Assembly: GCF_008831285.2 (NCBI RefSeq)
Contig: NC_045138.2
Location: 21,328,001 to 21,392,000, forward strand
Reading direction: 5' to 3'
Length of the DNA stretch: 64,000 nucleotides
From: Nymphaea colorata
Lineage: Eukaryota
Under the pieces are notes generated by a model. The model ran no database searches and was not told the origin of the DNA. It saw only the letters and a list, made by a program, of their open reading frames with translations. Shown in pieces: positions 14,149 through 25,900 of the stretch (positions are counted from its first letter, which is position 1; the number at the start of each line of letters is the position of its first letter). A program made the position numbers and the translations under genes.

Positions 14149-15270
14149 ATTGCAATTTCTCAAACAAAGTTGAGGTGAAAACTCCCTGTAAAGATCAACT
14201 GCTGCTTGTCATAAAAAAAATAATGCACCGTAAGCCTCACCGTGGTACATTTCGCATTGTTGCAAGAATTTATTTGTGAACCAACATTTTAACGCAAATT
14301 TTGAAGAAAAGAAAACTAAGGATCTGATATTTTACTTCACCATTTTCTTATTCAAGAACATTTGTATCTTAATTTAGATCCCCCCTTATTTTGTTAATTA
14401 AACAAGATATTAAAGCATAAAAAAAATTATTGGAGACTTGCGCTTAATTTTATTCTTTTAGCACACAATTCAGAACTTTCAAACTTGTGCATATACATGT
14501 TTTACTTATAACTCTAAATTTTTATTTTAACTTGGATAACTTTTGACAAACAAAGGATTATGCATGTGTCTAAAACATCAAAACCTACATCAATTCTCCA
14601 GAAATAAGGCATCATACTATACTACCATAGGATTCACAGAAAAAGAAAAGGTAGAGGGCTGAGGGGGGAGGGGGCGAGGAACGGATGTTACTATTTTTCT
14701 AGAGTTTCCATTCTTGAATTGAAAATAAAGGATAGAAACAAAAGGAATAGACCTTACCAACAAAAATGGCCGAGTCGGAAAATGAATACAAAGGGAACAA
14801 CCGTATATCTGTTAATTAAAAAAAATCCCAATTGATCGCCAGTTCTTGGATAGAAAGGGGAAGGCATGAAAACCCATCTTTATTTTTTTCATAAATGCAA
14901 AGAAAAATTAAAAAGTGCAACACCCTGTTTTAACATATGCAGCTTATTGTATGGAGGAAAAAGGTTAAGAGAAATCTCCCAAATATAAGAGAAACATCAA
15001 AGAGATAGAAAGACGTCGCGAGAGAGAGATAGAGAGAGAGTTTGTAAAACAGAAGTCCTACCTGTTACTCTGGAGTGAGGATTAGTTTGTGCGCTATTCC
15101 GATTTGTTCAGATGAATCGTTCTCTTTCCTGGAAGAGCAAAACAGCGTGAGGACCATATCGCAGAAAGAGAGAGGGAGAGAGCAGTGAATCGTCCTACCT
15201 TCTTCCGCTTTCTCGCCGGAGTAGAGAAAACTCGTCTCTGTGGTTGTAATTCAAATCTTCAAGACGAAGA
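14149..15270 (-). other. Predicted spliced 5' UTR of MAP65-3 (two introns)
   Basis: Donor AG|GTAGGAC after 15199; acceptor TTCCAG before 15128; donor AG|GTAGGAC after 15062; acceptor CTTTACAG before 14185. Transcription start is not determinable. Confidence 0.5.
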
Positions 15271-15546
15271 AGACGAGCGAATGAATCTCTGGAATGAGCG
15301 GACACAACTTTCAAATTTTTTTGACGTGGTCGGGGAAGGGGGCCCACTAACGGTCATCTCCGCTCTCCGCTCGGAAATCAATATCCGTCGTTACCGTTGA
15401 TGACCTTTTTTTTTTCGAAAAATCTTGTAGTCATTGGCGGAAATACCCCGACGCCTGCCACTGACCGGACGAGTAGAGCGTCCGATCTGACCACCGAAAT
15501 CCCAAGTTCGAAAACGGAGACAAAGTCAACTCAGCCAAGTAAACGG
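15250..15546 (-). promoter_or_regulatory. G2/M-type promoter: MSA (AACGG) and CHR (TTTGAA) motifs upstream of MAP65-3
   Basis: CTAACGGTCA at 15347-15356, TTACCGTTGA at 15391-15400, further AAACGG near 15512 and 15541; TTCAAA at 15250-15255 and 15310-15315. Confidence 0.65.
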
Positions 15547-18500
15547 TTCGGATCAGGGATTTACGGTTTCCGATCCATAGGCTCCGGTTCATAATCAGAG
15601 GCCAATAAATTTGAATCCGGATCCTGTTAAGGCCTTAAGCCCCAACGCTTTTTCAGTGCGTTCCTTGTAGAAAATGTAAGAATTTGGATCATATCAGCTG
15701 GCTAAGAACCAAATTGAATTCCATTCAAGACTGTCAGTTTCACTAATCCAATCTGATGTATTGCAATCCGCTTCTTAACAGCTTTGATTACTTCTTCAAA
15801 AAGATGAGAACCCCAAAAAACCAAGACTTAACAATCTATTTTATAAGTTTTTCAAGATTATTCATAATTTTACATAGGAAACTAAACTTTTCGAAGTGGA
15901 GTGTTATAGAATTAACAGTAATGGAACAAAGTACTTGGATATGAATAAGTTAATGTTTGAATTATTTAAATGTGAATCCAAATTAGTTTAGATAAGATAT
16001 ATATGTTCTTTTAGCGTTTGGGTTCTGGTGTACAGTAATATCTTATTCCGTGTAAAGCTTACAAGAACCGAATCTGATAGCTTTTATTATAAAATATTCG
16101 GCCGTTCACTTTCTCGGATCAATTACAATTTATAACAAGTTGGTCTTTAAAAAAAGGCGCGTACCAAGTTGATTTTCAAATAGTTTCCTCCTTGGTTTCT
16201 TTTAAAAAATTGAATAAGAATGTAAGTTACATCAACGGGCTTCTATGATCCAGCCCTCTAATAAAAAAGCCGAAAAAAGCGCATGAGTATGCCTTGAAAA
16301 AACAAACGGTTCTAAGTAGACTTTCAAAAATCATGTCATAACAAGCTTTTATTCAACACCTAAGTTTTTTTAGACAAATGAACTATATAAATCCCCAAAG
16401 GGTTAGCGCATCAGGATGGGGTGGCAGGCGACCAATTTCTGTCCCGAATGCTCGGGACACCAATTGTCTTTGCTGCAAATGGAGGGTTACCGTCGCACAA
16501 GTTGAAGCACAACAAGGGCAACATCTCAAGATACCAAAAATAGACCTTGTATTATAGAAAGATAAAGAATTGAATAGAAGCTTCAGCCTTCTTTGAACAA
16601 GAGGTAACATGCTCACATGAGCCACAAGCATCCGGAGATTTGGTATACCTATAGCTACCAGTTTAGTGCATTAAATTGAATAATTTCAAATTAAGTTGAA
16701 TGATTTCAACAGTACTAGAAGTACGCTGTACATCTACATTATTCTATCCACCATTGAACACTCAATTATGGGGTTTTTAATATTCACCCGCTATGGTAGA
16801 TATTGTTTTTTTCTCAGTCCATAAACACAGTATATCCCGTTTACCGTGAATGAGCGAAAAATTACCTTTAGACTTATGATCTTTGAAATTATAGTTAATT
16901 TTGTTCAGTAAACTTTTCACTAGTACAAAACCATAAACACATATGTACATGCAGTTTATAGCATCACGCTGCGAGGGGCATAACATAACTGGTTGACATG
17001 AATGTTACGCTGACAAATTGTCCTGAGTGCTACTCATCTAAACAGCAAATAATAACACATACACTAGGGGCAAAGAAAACATGAACTTATTCAAGTAGGA
17101 CCAAACTAAACCTGAATCCAAAAAATATATTACACAACTAAAAATTTTCAAATAGAAACAACCTTGTATCTAAGGAGACCCTTGAGGGAAGAAGGATGAC
17201 TTCACCTCTTCACAAAAGCGTTGGCTTTCCCCTATACTAAACCTCATGTTAGATTTTATGTTGCATACTTGGTCATCTCTTCACCTTTCTTTATGTGGAC
17301 ACAGTCGACCTTGAACAGCTGATTCAAGTTGGTGGCAAATCGATTTGATTGATCAAATGACACAAAGGGTTGGATGTATTATAGGTAATCCATTTTTATT
17401 TTTAAAAATTTTAAAAACTTTTATTATTATACTTTTTACATTTTCAAAATGTGTATAATAATAATAATTTAGTTTATTCATTAGCGATTGAGTTGACTGC
17501 TCAATCAACCACGCGATTCACTCGATCAACAACCTGGCTGGTCCGATTCAAGTTTCAAATTTACAACACTGCATGGAGGATCAACTCAACGCCAACCGTT
17601 CTTGCACCATTGCTAGTGCATTCAATGGCGATACTGTCATTGGTAGATCCCAAAGCTTAGCATCATTATAAGATTGGGAACTTAGAAATGAGCCTATTGC
17701 ACCGAAGGGAAGCTTCTCGTCTTTCATGGAGCACTGGGCTAATAATGTTCTTTATCAGGCCAAGTTTGCTATCTTGAATTCTTTATCCAGGGTAAAGAAA
17801 TCCTAGAAGCACTTCACCTGTAATCTGCTATGCATCCGTTTTTATTACATGGATCATATTATCCACGGTTTCTTTTTTAATGTTAGATTTCCTGTTTGAA
17901 ACTGAAAATGGATCTGTCTTATGCTTTTCCCATGCCTACCTCGATATCAAGAAAGGGGTTCGATTTTATGGAACACCCATTGTAGTGTTTCTTTGTCATA
18001 TCCATTGTTGTGTTTCTCCACAATTTCTTCTTCATTACGTTTCCAACAATCCATTTGATAGATCCAACAAACAATTTAAGTGACTTCAATTCAAAAAGAA
18101 AAAATATTCTTACTTGAACCACCATGTGATCTTCAACCAATTATGTGCTTCAAAACTTGTACCTTACAAGTTACAATACGTACTTAAGAGTTTCCTGCCT
18201 CATGTGGCTCAGCTGTCAACTGCTTTTGACATTGCATCTTTCTTAATCTACCACATCTAGCCGAATGAATTTTTTCAAAGATCCATTAGTTCTTGGATTA
18301 GCCAAATCAAATAACTTAAAGACGTCAAGTTAATTACATGAGTTTCAAACTCTGATTTGGATCAATAACAAGTTCTATTTCTTATCCCACTCTCGAGGCA
18401 TTCTTTCTAAATTCCAAAATGCTTATATTTCATGAATCAAATGAGACAATGTGGAAAAAAGAACAAAGATTTGTGAAGCCGAAAACATAGCTTTTGTGAT

Positions 18501-19614
18501 GAAAAAATCACATCTGGGTGAGATTAAAGATATACCCTTATGAAAGATTTTTCTTAAAGCATTCTAGATTATTATCATTTATGGGTGTTTGGGGCACGAT
18601 GCTAACTGTATCTACATGACTATACTTATATAAGCACAAGCTCAAGCACATTCCTCACATATTTTTGGGGCTATAGTGACATCTATAAGGACCCGTTTGA
18701 TGCACAAGAAGAATTTAACGTGATAAATTTACCATGGTAAATTTTTCTGAAAAAATTTACAAGATGAAATTTCTCCCTCTTCCAATCTGAGACCCTGTTT
18801 GATGCACAGGAAGAATTTAACGTGGTAAATTTAACCTTGTTTGATGCACATGAAGAATTTAACGTGGTAAGTTTAACCTTGTTTGATGCACAGGAAGAAA
18901 TTTACGTGCTTCTTGTGCATGAGAATGTCTTGTAGTCGTCAGAAGTATTCTATTAAAATGCTTAATTGTTAGTAAGTGATGCCACTGCATGAGAATGTCT
19001 TGTAGTCGCCAGAAACATGATGAATATGTCTTATTCTTGCACTGTGGATAGCAAGATGAGGCTTTGTGCATACTAACGGTTTTGTAGCAGTTTCTAATCC
19101 AATTCACAACAAGGGTATTCCCTCAAGCAGTACAAGTTTGACTTTGCCTTGTGTGGCAGAACTGCTTCCTTTGCAATATTACATAGTAAGATCAAAATCA
19201 TCCTCCTGCTTTTGTTATACAGATGGGCATGAAAACGGGTCAGATAAATGCTTGGAAATGCCATTTTAAGGTCACACCCCCAAATCCCCTTGCATTTAGC
19301 TATGCTGAAACTGACCCTTTGGTACCCTTGTCTACCCGTGGAAACATAAACCAACTTTAATTTGCAGTTGATTCTGCTATATCATGAAATAAAGAGATGA
19401 TAAAGCATAAAAAACAAATCCCTAATATCCATCCTTGTACGACCTCTTCAATTACTGCTACTACTGTACTATCTTGGTTACAACTTGCAAACTCATAATA
19501 ACACTGAAAACATTGCACAAGTGAAAAAAACAAGAAGCTAGAGAAAAGAATAATTCAACAGTCCCATAAATCATCCATAAAAATACTCACTGTTTTATTA
19601 TTGGCTTTAGAAAA

Positions 19615-19825
19615 TGAACGAGGGCATTCATTCTAAACAGCAGTAGCCAAATCAAATTCATTCTTGATTACATAAGCAAGAAGCTCTTTTACCACCTTTA
19701 ATGAAACTTCATCAGAAGAAATCTGCAAAAGAGCAGTAATTGTAAATTGATCTGGCTTAAGTCCAAGCAAAAATGTCCTTTTCAGGCATTTCGTCAAACA
19801 AGTGTTCTGCACTTCGTCGGACTTC
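19615..19825 (-). pseudogene. Captured PLS-class PPR gene fragment
   Basis: LFDEMPEKDI (about 19802-19773), then in another frame LGLKPDQFTITALLQ...VKELLAYVIKNEFDLATAV*NALV; frameshifted and stopped. Confidence 0.7.
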
Positions 19826-19884
19826 GTCACAAACGGCATAAAACCTGACCAACTTCATCTTCAAACGCGAGTTTCTTCTTCACA

Positions 19885-20160
19885 ACTCCCACCCGCCATT
19901 GAGGCCGCGTTCAACAACTCCCCGCTCCCTCCTCATCCTGTTTTCTCTCCACAACTTCCCCAACCAACTGCTCCCCACATCCTGTCCTCTGCCTCGCCTG
20001 CTCCGAATCCGGGTGCCAGGCTTATGGCGCTCCTCAGCACCCAAACATCTGGAGGCGATCCTCTCGCTAGTGGCCCTAGGAATATTGAACTGCCTCATCC
20101 CCCAATCTCATCAGAAGCTTATTCTCAGAGCGTGCCGGTTCCACCGATGATGCCGACTGT
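19885..20160 (+). pseudogene. Captured Pro-rich N-terminal fragment resembling VARICOSE/EDC4
   Basis: PPHPVFSPQLPQPTAPHILSSASPAPNPGARLMALLSTQ...; the GARLMALL motif in a Pro-rich context is recalled from plant EDC4/VCS N-termini. GC-rich relative to its flanks. Confidence 0.6.
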
Positions 20161-20388
20161 GGGGAGGGAATTAGTCGGGGGTGAAATGAAGGGAGTTGGT
20201 CGTCGAGCGGGTGAAATTTCACCCGCTCGTTTTAACATCAAACGGGAAGAATTTAATGCTGTTTGATACGTCTCACGTTTTTCTCTTTTCAACCGGGCAA
20301 TCAAACGGGCCCTAAGGTGTCTCCGTGAAAATAACTTGCCATTTCAAAAATCAACGTGAAACTAGCGCCTGCACTGATTGACATTTGA

Positions 20389-20507
20389 TTGAATATGCGT
20401 GGGAATTGACAGACAACCTTGAGAAAGAATTGAATATGCGTGGGAATTGACAGATAACCTTGAGAAAGAATTGAATATGCGTGGGAATTGACAGATAACC
20501 TTGAGAA
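20389..20507. repeat. 41-bp tandem repeat, about 3 copies
   Basis: TTGAATATGCGTGGGAATTGACAGATAACCTTGAGAAAGAA starting at 20389, 20430 and 20471. Confidence 0.95.
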
Positions 20508-20525
20508 ATAAACCGCATCTGCATT

Positions 20526-20692
20526 CGGTGGCAGAGCCAAAAATTTCTGGTTGATAGACAACACCAAGAGGCACTCCATAATTAAAAAAAAAAAACTGAA
20601 CAATTAATGACATTTTTATATGTAAATAAAGTAAATGTTGTGGGCTGGTGTGGGCAATTGCCCACACCAACTGCAATGTAGCTCCGCTACTG
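20526..20692. mobile_element. hAT-type MITE (family A, opposite orientation)
   Basis: Ends CGGTGGCAGAGCC / GCTCCGCTACTG; TSD TCTGCATT / TCTGCACT (7/8). Confidence 0.85.
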
Positions 20693-22915
20693 TCTGCACT
20701 TGTATGTCAGGCCAATTTTCCGACTTTTTCACATTTAGGCGCATGCATGCAAGCAAAACAGACGTGTATGAAAGTGCCAAAACCTATTCAAAGCCAAAGT
20801 CAGCTTCTTAATTATTTAGAACTGCAATCAATTTTACATTAAAAAAGGTGAGAACTCTGTTCCAACTTTGACTGCTGTTTGCTCAGTACTCAGCAATAAG
20901 ATTACCAACATTACAGAATTCTGTGCAAACTTACGAGTATTGCTGTTTACTACTCAGCGATAAGATTACTAACATTACAGAATTCTGTACAAACTTTAGA
21001 GTACTGCTGTCAACAAAACGGTTAGCACCAACATGAAACAACGTTACTTTTATCATAATTAATTTTCCTTTCTTCTTTACTATTTTTAACTCTAAAATAG
21101 TAATAATTAAGAATTGCAGGCCGTGAGGAGGAAAACAACAGTTGCAGTGGGTTTTAAGAGATGACAACAGCAACATCTTAACAATAAGAAATAATAATGA
21201 CCATAACGAACAGGATGAGGAGGAAAATGGTGCTGTTGAACAGTACGTGTTGATTCTTATAAGGCTATTAGTGAGGTTTACAAACCCAACCTGGTGGTTG
21301 GCCACAGCTTTCATTCAAACGAAGCTCTACATTTAGAAATAGTGACCTCACACAACACTTAACATTCAGAGAAAGGGTTGCATCATAAAGGTAGGAATTC
21401 AAACCATTTGATCTCTGATAAGGTCCATGCTCTGCAGAGTCTGACTTGACCTCATCTGTCCGGTTAACTCGAACCCATGCTTGAACCTGATCTGAACCTA
21501 TATGTGACCTAATGATGTCAGGGTTCCCGTTTCAAAGCGGTATATGAATCCAATTTGTCATTTAAGGGGGCCTTTGATGGGGCTGGCAAAAAAAAAAGAA
21601 TTTTTTCATATTGTCCTGTGATTGAAAAAATTCGTGAACAGAATTGGAGGTTCTTGTGGAAACACCGAAACTAAAAGAACACTACGAATTTCATGGTAAA
21701 ACAGAAGAATATTTCAGGAAAAAAATTTTCAGCGTCTGATTCCCAGATATATGGTGGCGATAAATTTCTCCCAACCACGTACACTGGGATTTTTTCCTGC
21801 TTTTCAATTACCTATTAAGTACATCAGTGGTAAAACCAATCTTATCAATATCATTGTGTGATACCTTTGTCTGCCCTGATCAGAACAACACAGGACCGAC
21901 ACATGGTTTACAAGCATCTGCCAATTCAGATACATATAGGCTGATTTGAATAAAGTAATATTTTTTATTTTTAAAAATTGCCGACACAAGTGGATACAGG
22001 CATATCACCGAAGCTCCTGAACTGAGATGAAAACCAATATTTACAACAGTGGGTAAAACTCCTTGAAAGTGAGTAACAGATTACCATGCCTTAAGGCAGA
22101 GTTTCACATGTATTCAAGGATGGTATGCTCGCAAGTAATACTAAGGTTAAGTTGGAAACTATGAAATTGGAAAGAGAAAGCAAACTAGAAGTTTCTTGCC
22201 TTCGTAACAAACTTCTGACGTTTGGAATTGGAAATGAGCAGTGTACGAAAAGGGAATACATATTCTTAAACCAGTTTTCGATTCTTCCTGGTTTCAAAAA
22301 GACCACAAAACTAACAAGAACCCACACGAGAAAAAGAACAAATTAACAAAAGAGCTCAAAAGCTCGAAGACATATAAAAGACATTAGTTTTGATTTTGTC
22401 ATTTAAGAACCATAGTTTTTCATGCAAATGTCTAGATAGATGAAAGCATAAAGTACAAGGAATTAATATGAGCTAGTGTGATTAGACAGATACCACACAA
22501 GAAAGATGAAACTAAAGGCAAAAAAGAATACTGGCATTAAGGTGTTGCAGCGGATAAATTCAAAACAATCTAACCCTTGGATCTATTAAGCAAAAAGAAT
22601 AGGCATAAGAAACTTGAATCAGCAAAGAAAAAGGGAGTGCAGAAGGCCTCAACCAAAGGCTTTGGATTCAGAACATTGGTTACAGTTGGACACGTGTGCA
22701 ACTGTGCATAGCAATACCATATCATAATAATGCCAGCTACAGCAACATAGCGCACACAAACCAGCATGTGATGGGCTTTGCAGAAATGCTTAAAAATATT
22801 TAACACCATTTGGGAAGATACGTCAAATGCCAACTAGAAGTCAAATAATATCAGCACTTAACATTCATGGAGAAGAGTAGGTGATAATGTGCAAACTCTA
22901 ATTCATCTTGACCTT

Positions 22916-25900
22916 TCAAATTTCATCTTCTTCAAATGGATCCCGTTCAGGATAATCACCAACCTGGACGGAAAATAAAAGAATATTAAGGTAGCTGATC
23001 TAGACAAGGATAAATTCAGTTAGCAAAACAATAGGCCCCTACACATCTTGGTTAACAGACTAACACAGCGCTCCAAATAACTAGTAATGTTGCATGGAAA
23101 GTAGATTTGACTATTAAAGTAATATTTGAATAGAAAAAACAGTAGCTTACTTTCGAAACTCATTTTTGAGGCACTAGTCTAGTAATGGAAGGCCTAGTAA
23201 AGCTACTCCCAAACCATTATTTTCGAGTGTATTCTAGAATTAGTGGAGTTGCATTCAATGCCAGCACAAAATCAAAGCACGGTCCACAGTGTCTTGTGCA
23301 TGAGAATAGCAGAAGTTGCATTTACATAAAACAGAACAACAACATAGATGTAAAATAGATTAATACAGCCATAAATTGCATTTAAATCACCCAGCACTGG
23401 AGTTCCCTAGCTAAACTGAGAGGTTCAACTTTAAATATTCAAAGTTTTAGTTGATTGGAAACTTGTCCACGAATATTTTTCTTTTACATTTAACTGCACC
23501 CCCAATTTCTTCTTCTCAAATTCGTGACCAATGGAAGTTTTCAGAACTCTAATTATATTGAGCGTAGCAGAGTAAATTTTGCTACTTGACCCACATTTTG
23601 TTGCTAAGAGCATCAACAATTTCATGAGTTGTATAAAGGCTGATTTTAGTATAGGTGATTTGACATATTTTCAGAACTAAAGAGCAAGTTGCAATGTAGT
23701 TGAAGGTACTTCAAACTTTTAATTTCAGCTCCAGCCGAATCATGATCCAGTATGCAAAGATGCATCCAGTCATCAAGATTTTGAACATTGATTCTGTTAA
23801 CAGAAACTTTGTTTTGTTAAGTTGTCATATGATATCAAATAGCACAAAACATTACAGTGCGAACAAAATAAACAAAATGTTATTCCATGTGATACCTTGA
23901 CTTTATCGGGCCTAACCATTGCACCATGAAGTGGAGGACAATCGAAGTATCGCTTCCCTTTGACACTGAAAATGACAAAAAATACCAAATGCAATCAAAA
24001 GAAAAGGAAATTGAAAGCACAACAAACATGTTTTTATGATTATAATATAATGTAATTTTGTCAAAATATCAAGGATAATGAGCTGAAATATGCTGTCAAA
24101 GACAGACATCCACTATAATTCATACCTTAAAAGTTTCCAGTGTAATATGATTTACTGCAAGAACAAGCATTGATTTTGAGCTTTTCACATACTGCCATTT
24201 GTACTCCTAAGGAAGTTAACACAACAAACAGAGGACCCAGACAAGACAAAGGAGGAATGGAGTTGCTTGATTATGAAAGTCAGGCATAAAATGTCAAAAA
24301 ATGTATTTGTATTGTCGAGTGTTATTGTACAGTAAGTCAGTTATGGTGAAAAGAATATATTTGCCAAGGAGTCCATCCAAAATGGATAAGTTGTAAAGAA
24401 TATATTCTCAAGTAGTACAATTACTACTTGAGAATGTTCCTAGTTATTGTGGAGCTCATGAACTAAACCCATATTACAAATTTGTAGCAGTCCACCAGAA
24501 GTCAGAAAATGACACTGTACTAAACCTTAATGGCTCTAAACCAGCCGATGATACCAACATGAAATCTTTAAGAGCCGGTCAAGGAATGAGAAGGTAAGGG
24601 CTATCTAATCCATGAAACCACCTCGTGGGAAGAATTCTTTAGAGTTGTGTATGGACCTACATTTTTTTGCCTAAAACATAGTACCCCATCCAACCAAAAT
24701 GGAGCAAATTCAGTGACAACAAATTCTTGAAACAGCAGAACAACAAGACAAATAGATCTATGTTGGTTGGATGGGTATTGTATGTTTTAAGATGTAAAAG
24801 ACAGGTACTAATCGATGCTGAAGATCCTCCCTAAAAGGTGATTTTGTAGATTAGATATGCCTCACTTTCCCCTTCCTCGACCGACTCTAGGAGGCTTCAT
24901 GTTAGTAGAATTGGCTGGTTTAGGGACATTAATGTTTGGTACAATGTGACATTTTCTTACTTGCACTGAACTTTTACAAATTTGTAATATGGGTTTACTT
25001 CAGGGACACCACTAGCGTAGTGCAACTTTAGGGAGAAAAACTCGACTTAACATATAACCTCTTTTCTGTTTTTTGACAACTCTATTGTAAGTGGATCTCT
25101 GACCAGATTTGATAGGACTACAGATTGTACACTCATTATATCTCCTAACGTACTGTGATGTCTCTGGCTCAGATAAGGACGGGATTTGGAATTTCTCGGT
25201 GGACATTTGTTCACTACGCAACTAGCACTCGACATGTTGTCCATTGAATTCCTCACATAAATGTCTAGTAGCTGAGTTGGTAGCACCTGATGTTTCACTG
25301 GTAAGCGTCAGATAACAGAAAATTTGTACTCCTAGTGAAGTTAACACAACAATCAGCTCCACCAACAATGTGGAACAAAAAAATGCAAGCACGGGAACAC
25401 ATGACAGTCAGCTCTCTAATTCCTCCCTCATTAAAGACTATGTTTAGGAATTATGGAGAAGATCAAACCATGTTGTTGAGAAGTATAGAGAAACAATGCA
25501 GTGAGATGTTAGTACAAAAATAACCCTGTTAAAATATGCATATACTATTCCCAATGTGCATTACGTTTAGGTACTAGAGAAGATTACAACACCCCAGGCA
25601 CCACAACAGAAGAAAATAGCATATACACCACAACAAAGCAACACTGTTATAAGCTAAACAAACATAATCCTCAAGCTTACTGCCTTGTGAATAGGGCTGG
25701 GCATCGGGCCGGGCCGGGCCGGCCCGATAAGAACGTCAAAATCAATGCCCGGAAACCGTATCAGGCGGGCCAATGTAATTTCGGGCCTCGGGCTTCGGTT
25801 AATGCCCGAAGCCCGGCCCGATTGATAATGTGCCGGGCGGGCCAATGTAATTTCGGGCCTCGGGCTTCGGTTAATGCCCGAAGCCCGGCCCGATTGATAA

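Larger units (their letters stand above)
18689..20312. mobile_element. Non-autonomous PIF/Harbinger (Tourist-like) element carrying captured gene fragments (Pack-type)
   Basis: TAA | GGACCCGTTTGAT ... ATCAAACGGGCCC | TAA (3-bp TAA TSD, 13-bp TIR with one mismatch). Subterminal ~42-bp repeats at 18694-18910. Internal PPR-like and EDC4-like fragments; no transposase. Confidence 0.8.

Noticed and set aside
17560..18330. Possible degenerate LINE ORF2 remnant on the minus strand
   Set aside because: Only vague motif resemblance; too decayed to support without a homology search.
19802..20266. 154-aa ORF as a real gene
   Set aside because: Starts at GTG, is chimeric and lies wholly inside a TIR element; treated as captured fragments.
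20389..20507. Possible CRISPR-like array
   Set aside because: Units are head-to-tail with no unique spacers, in a eukaryotic context; it is a minisatellite.
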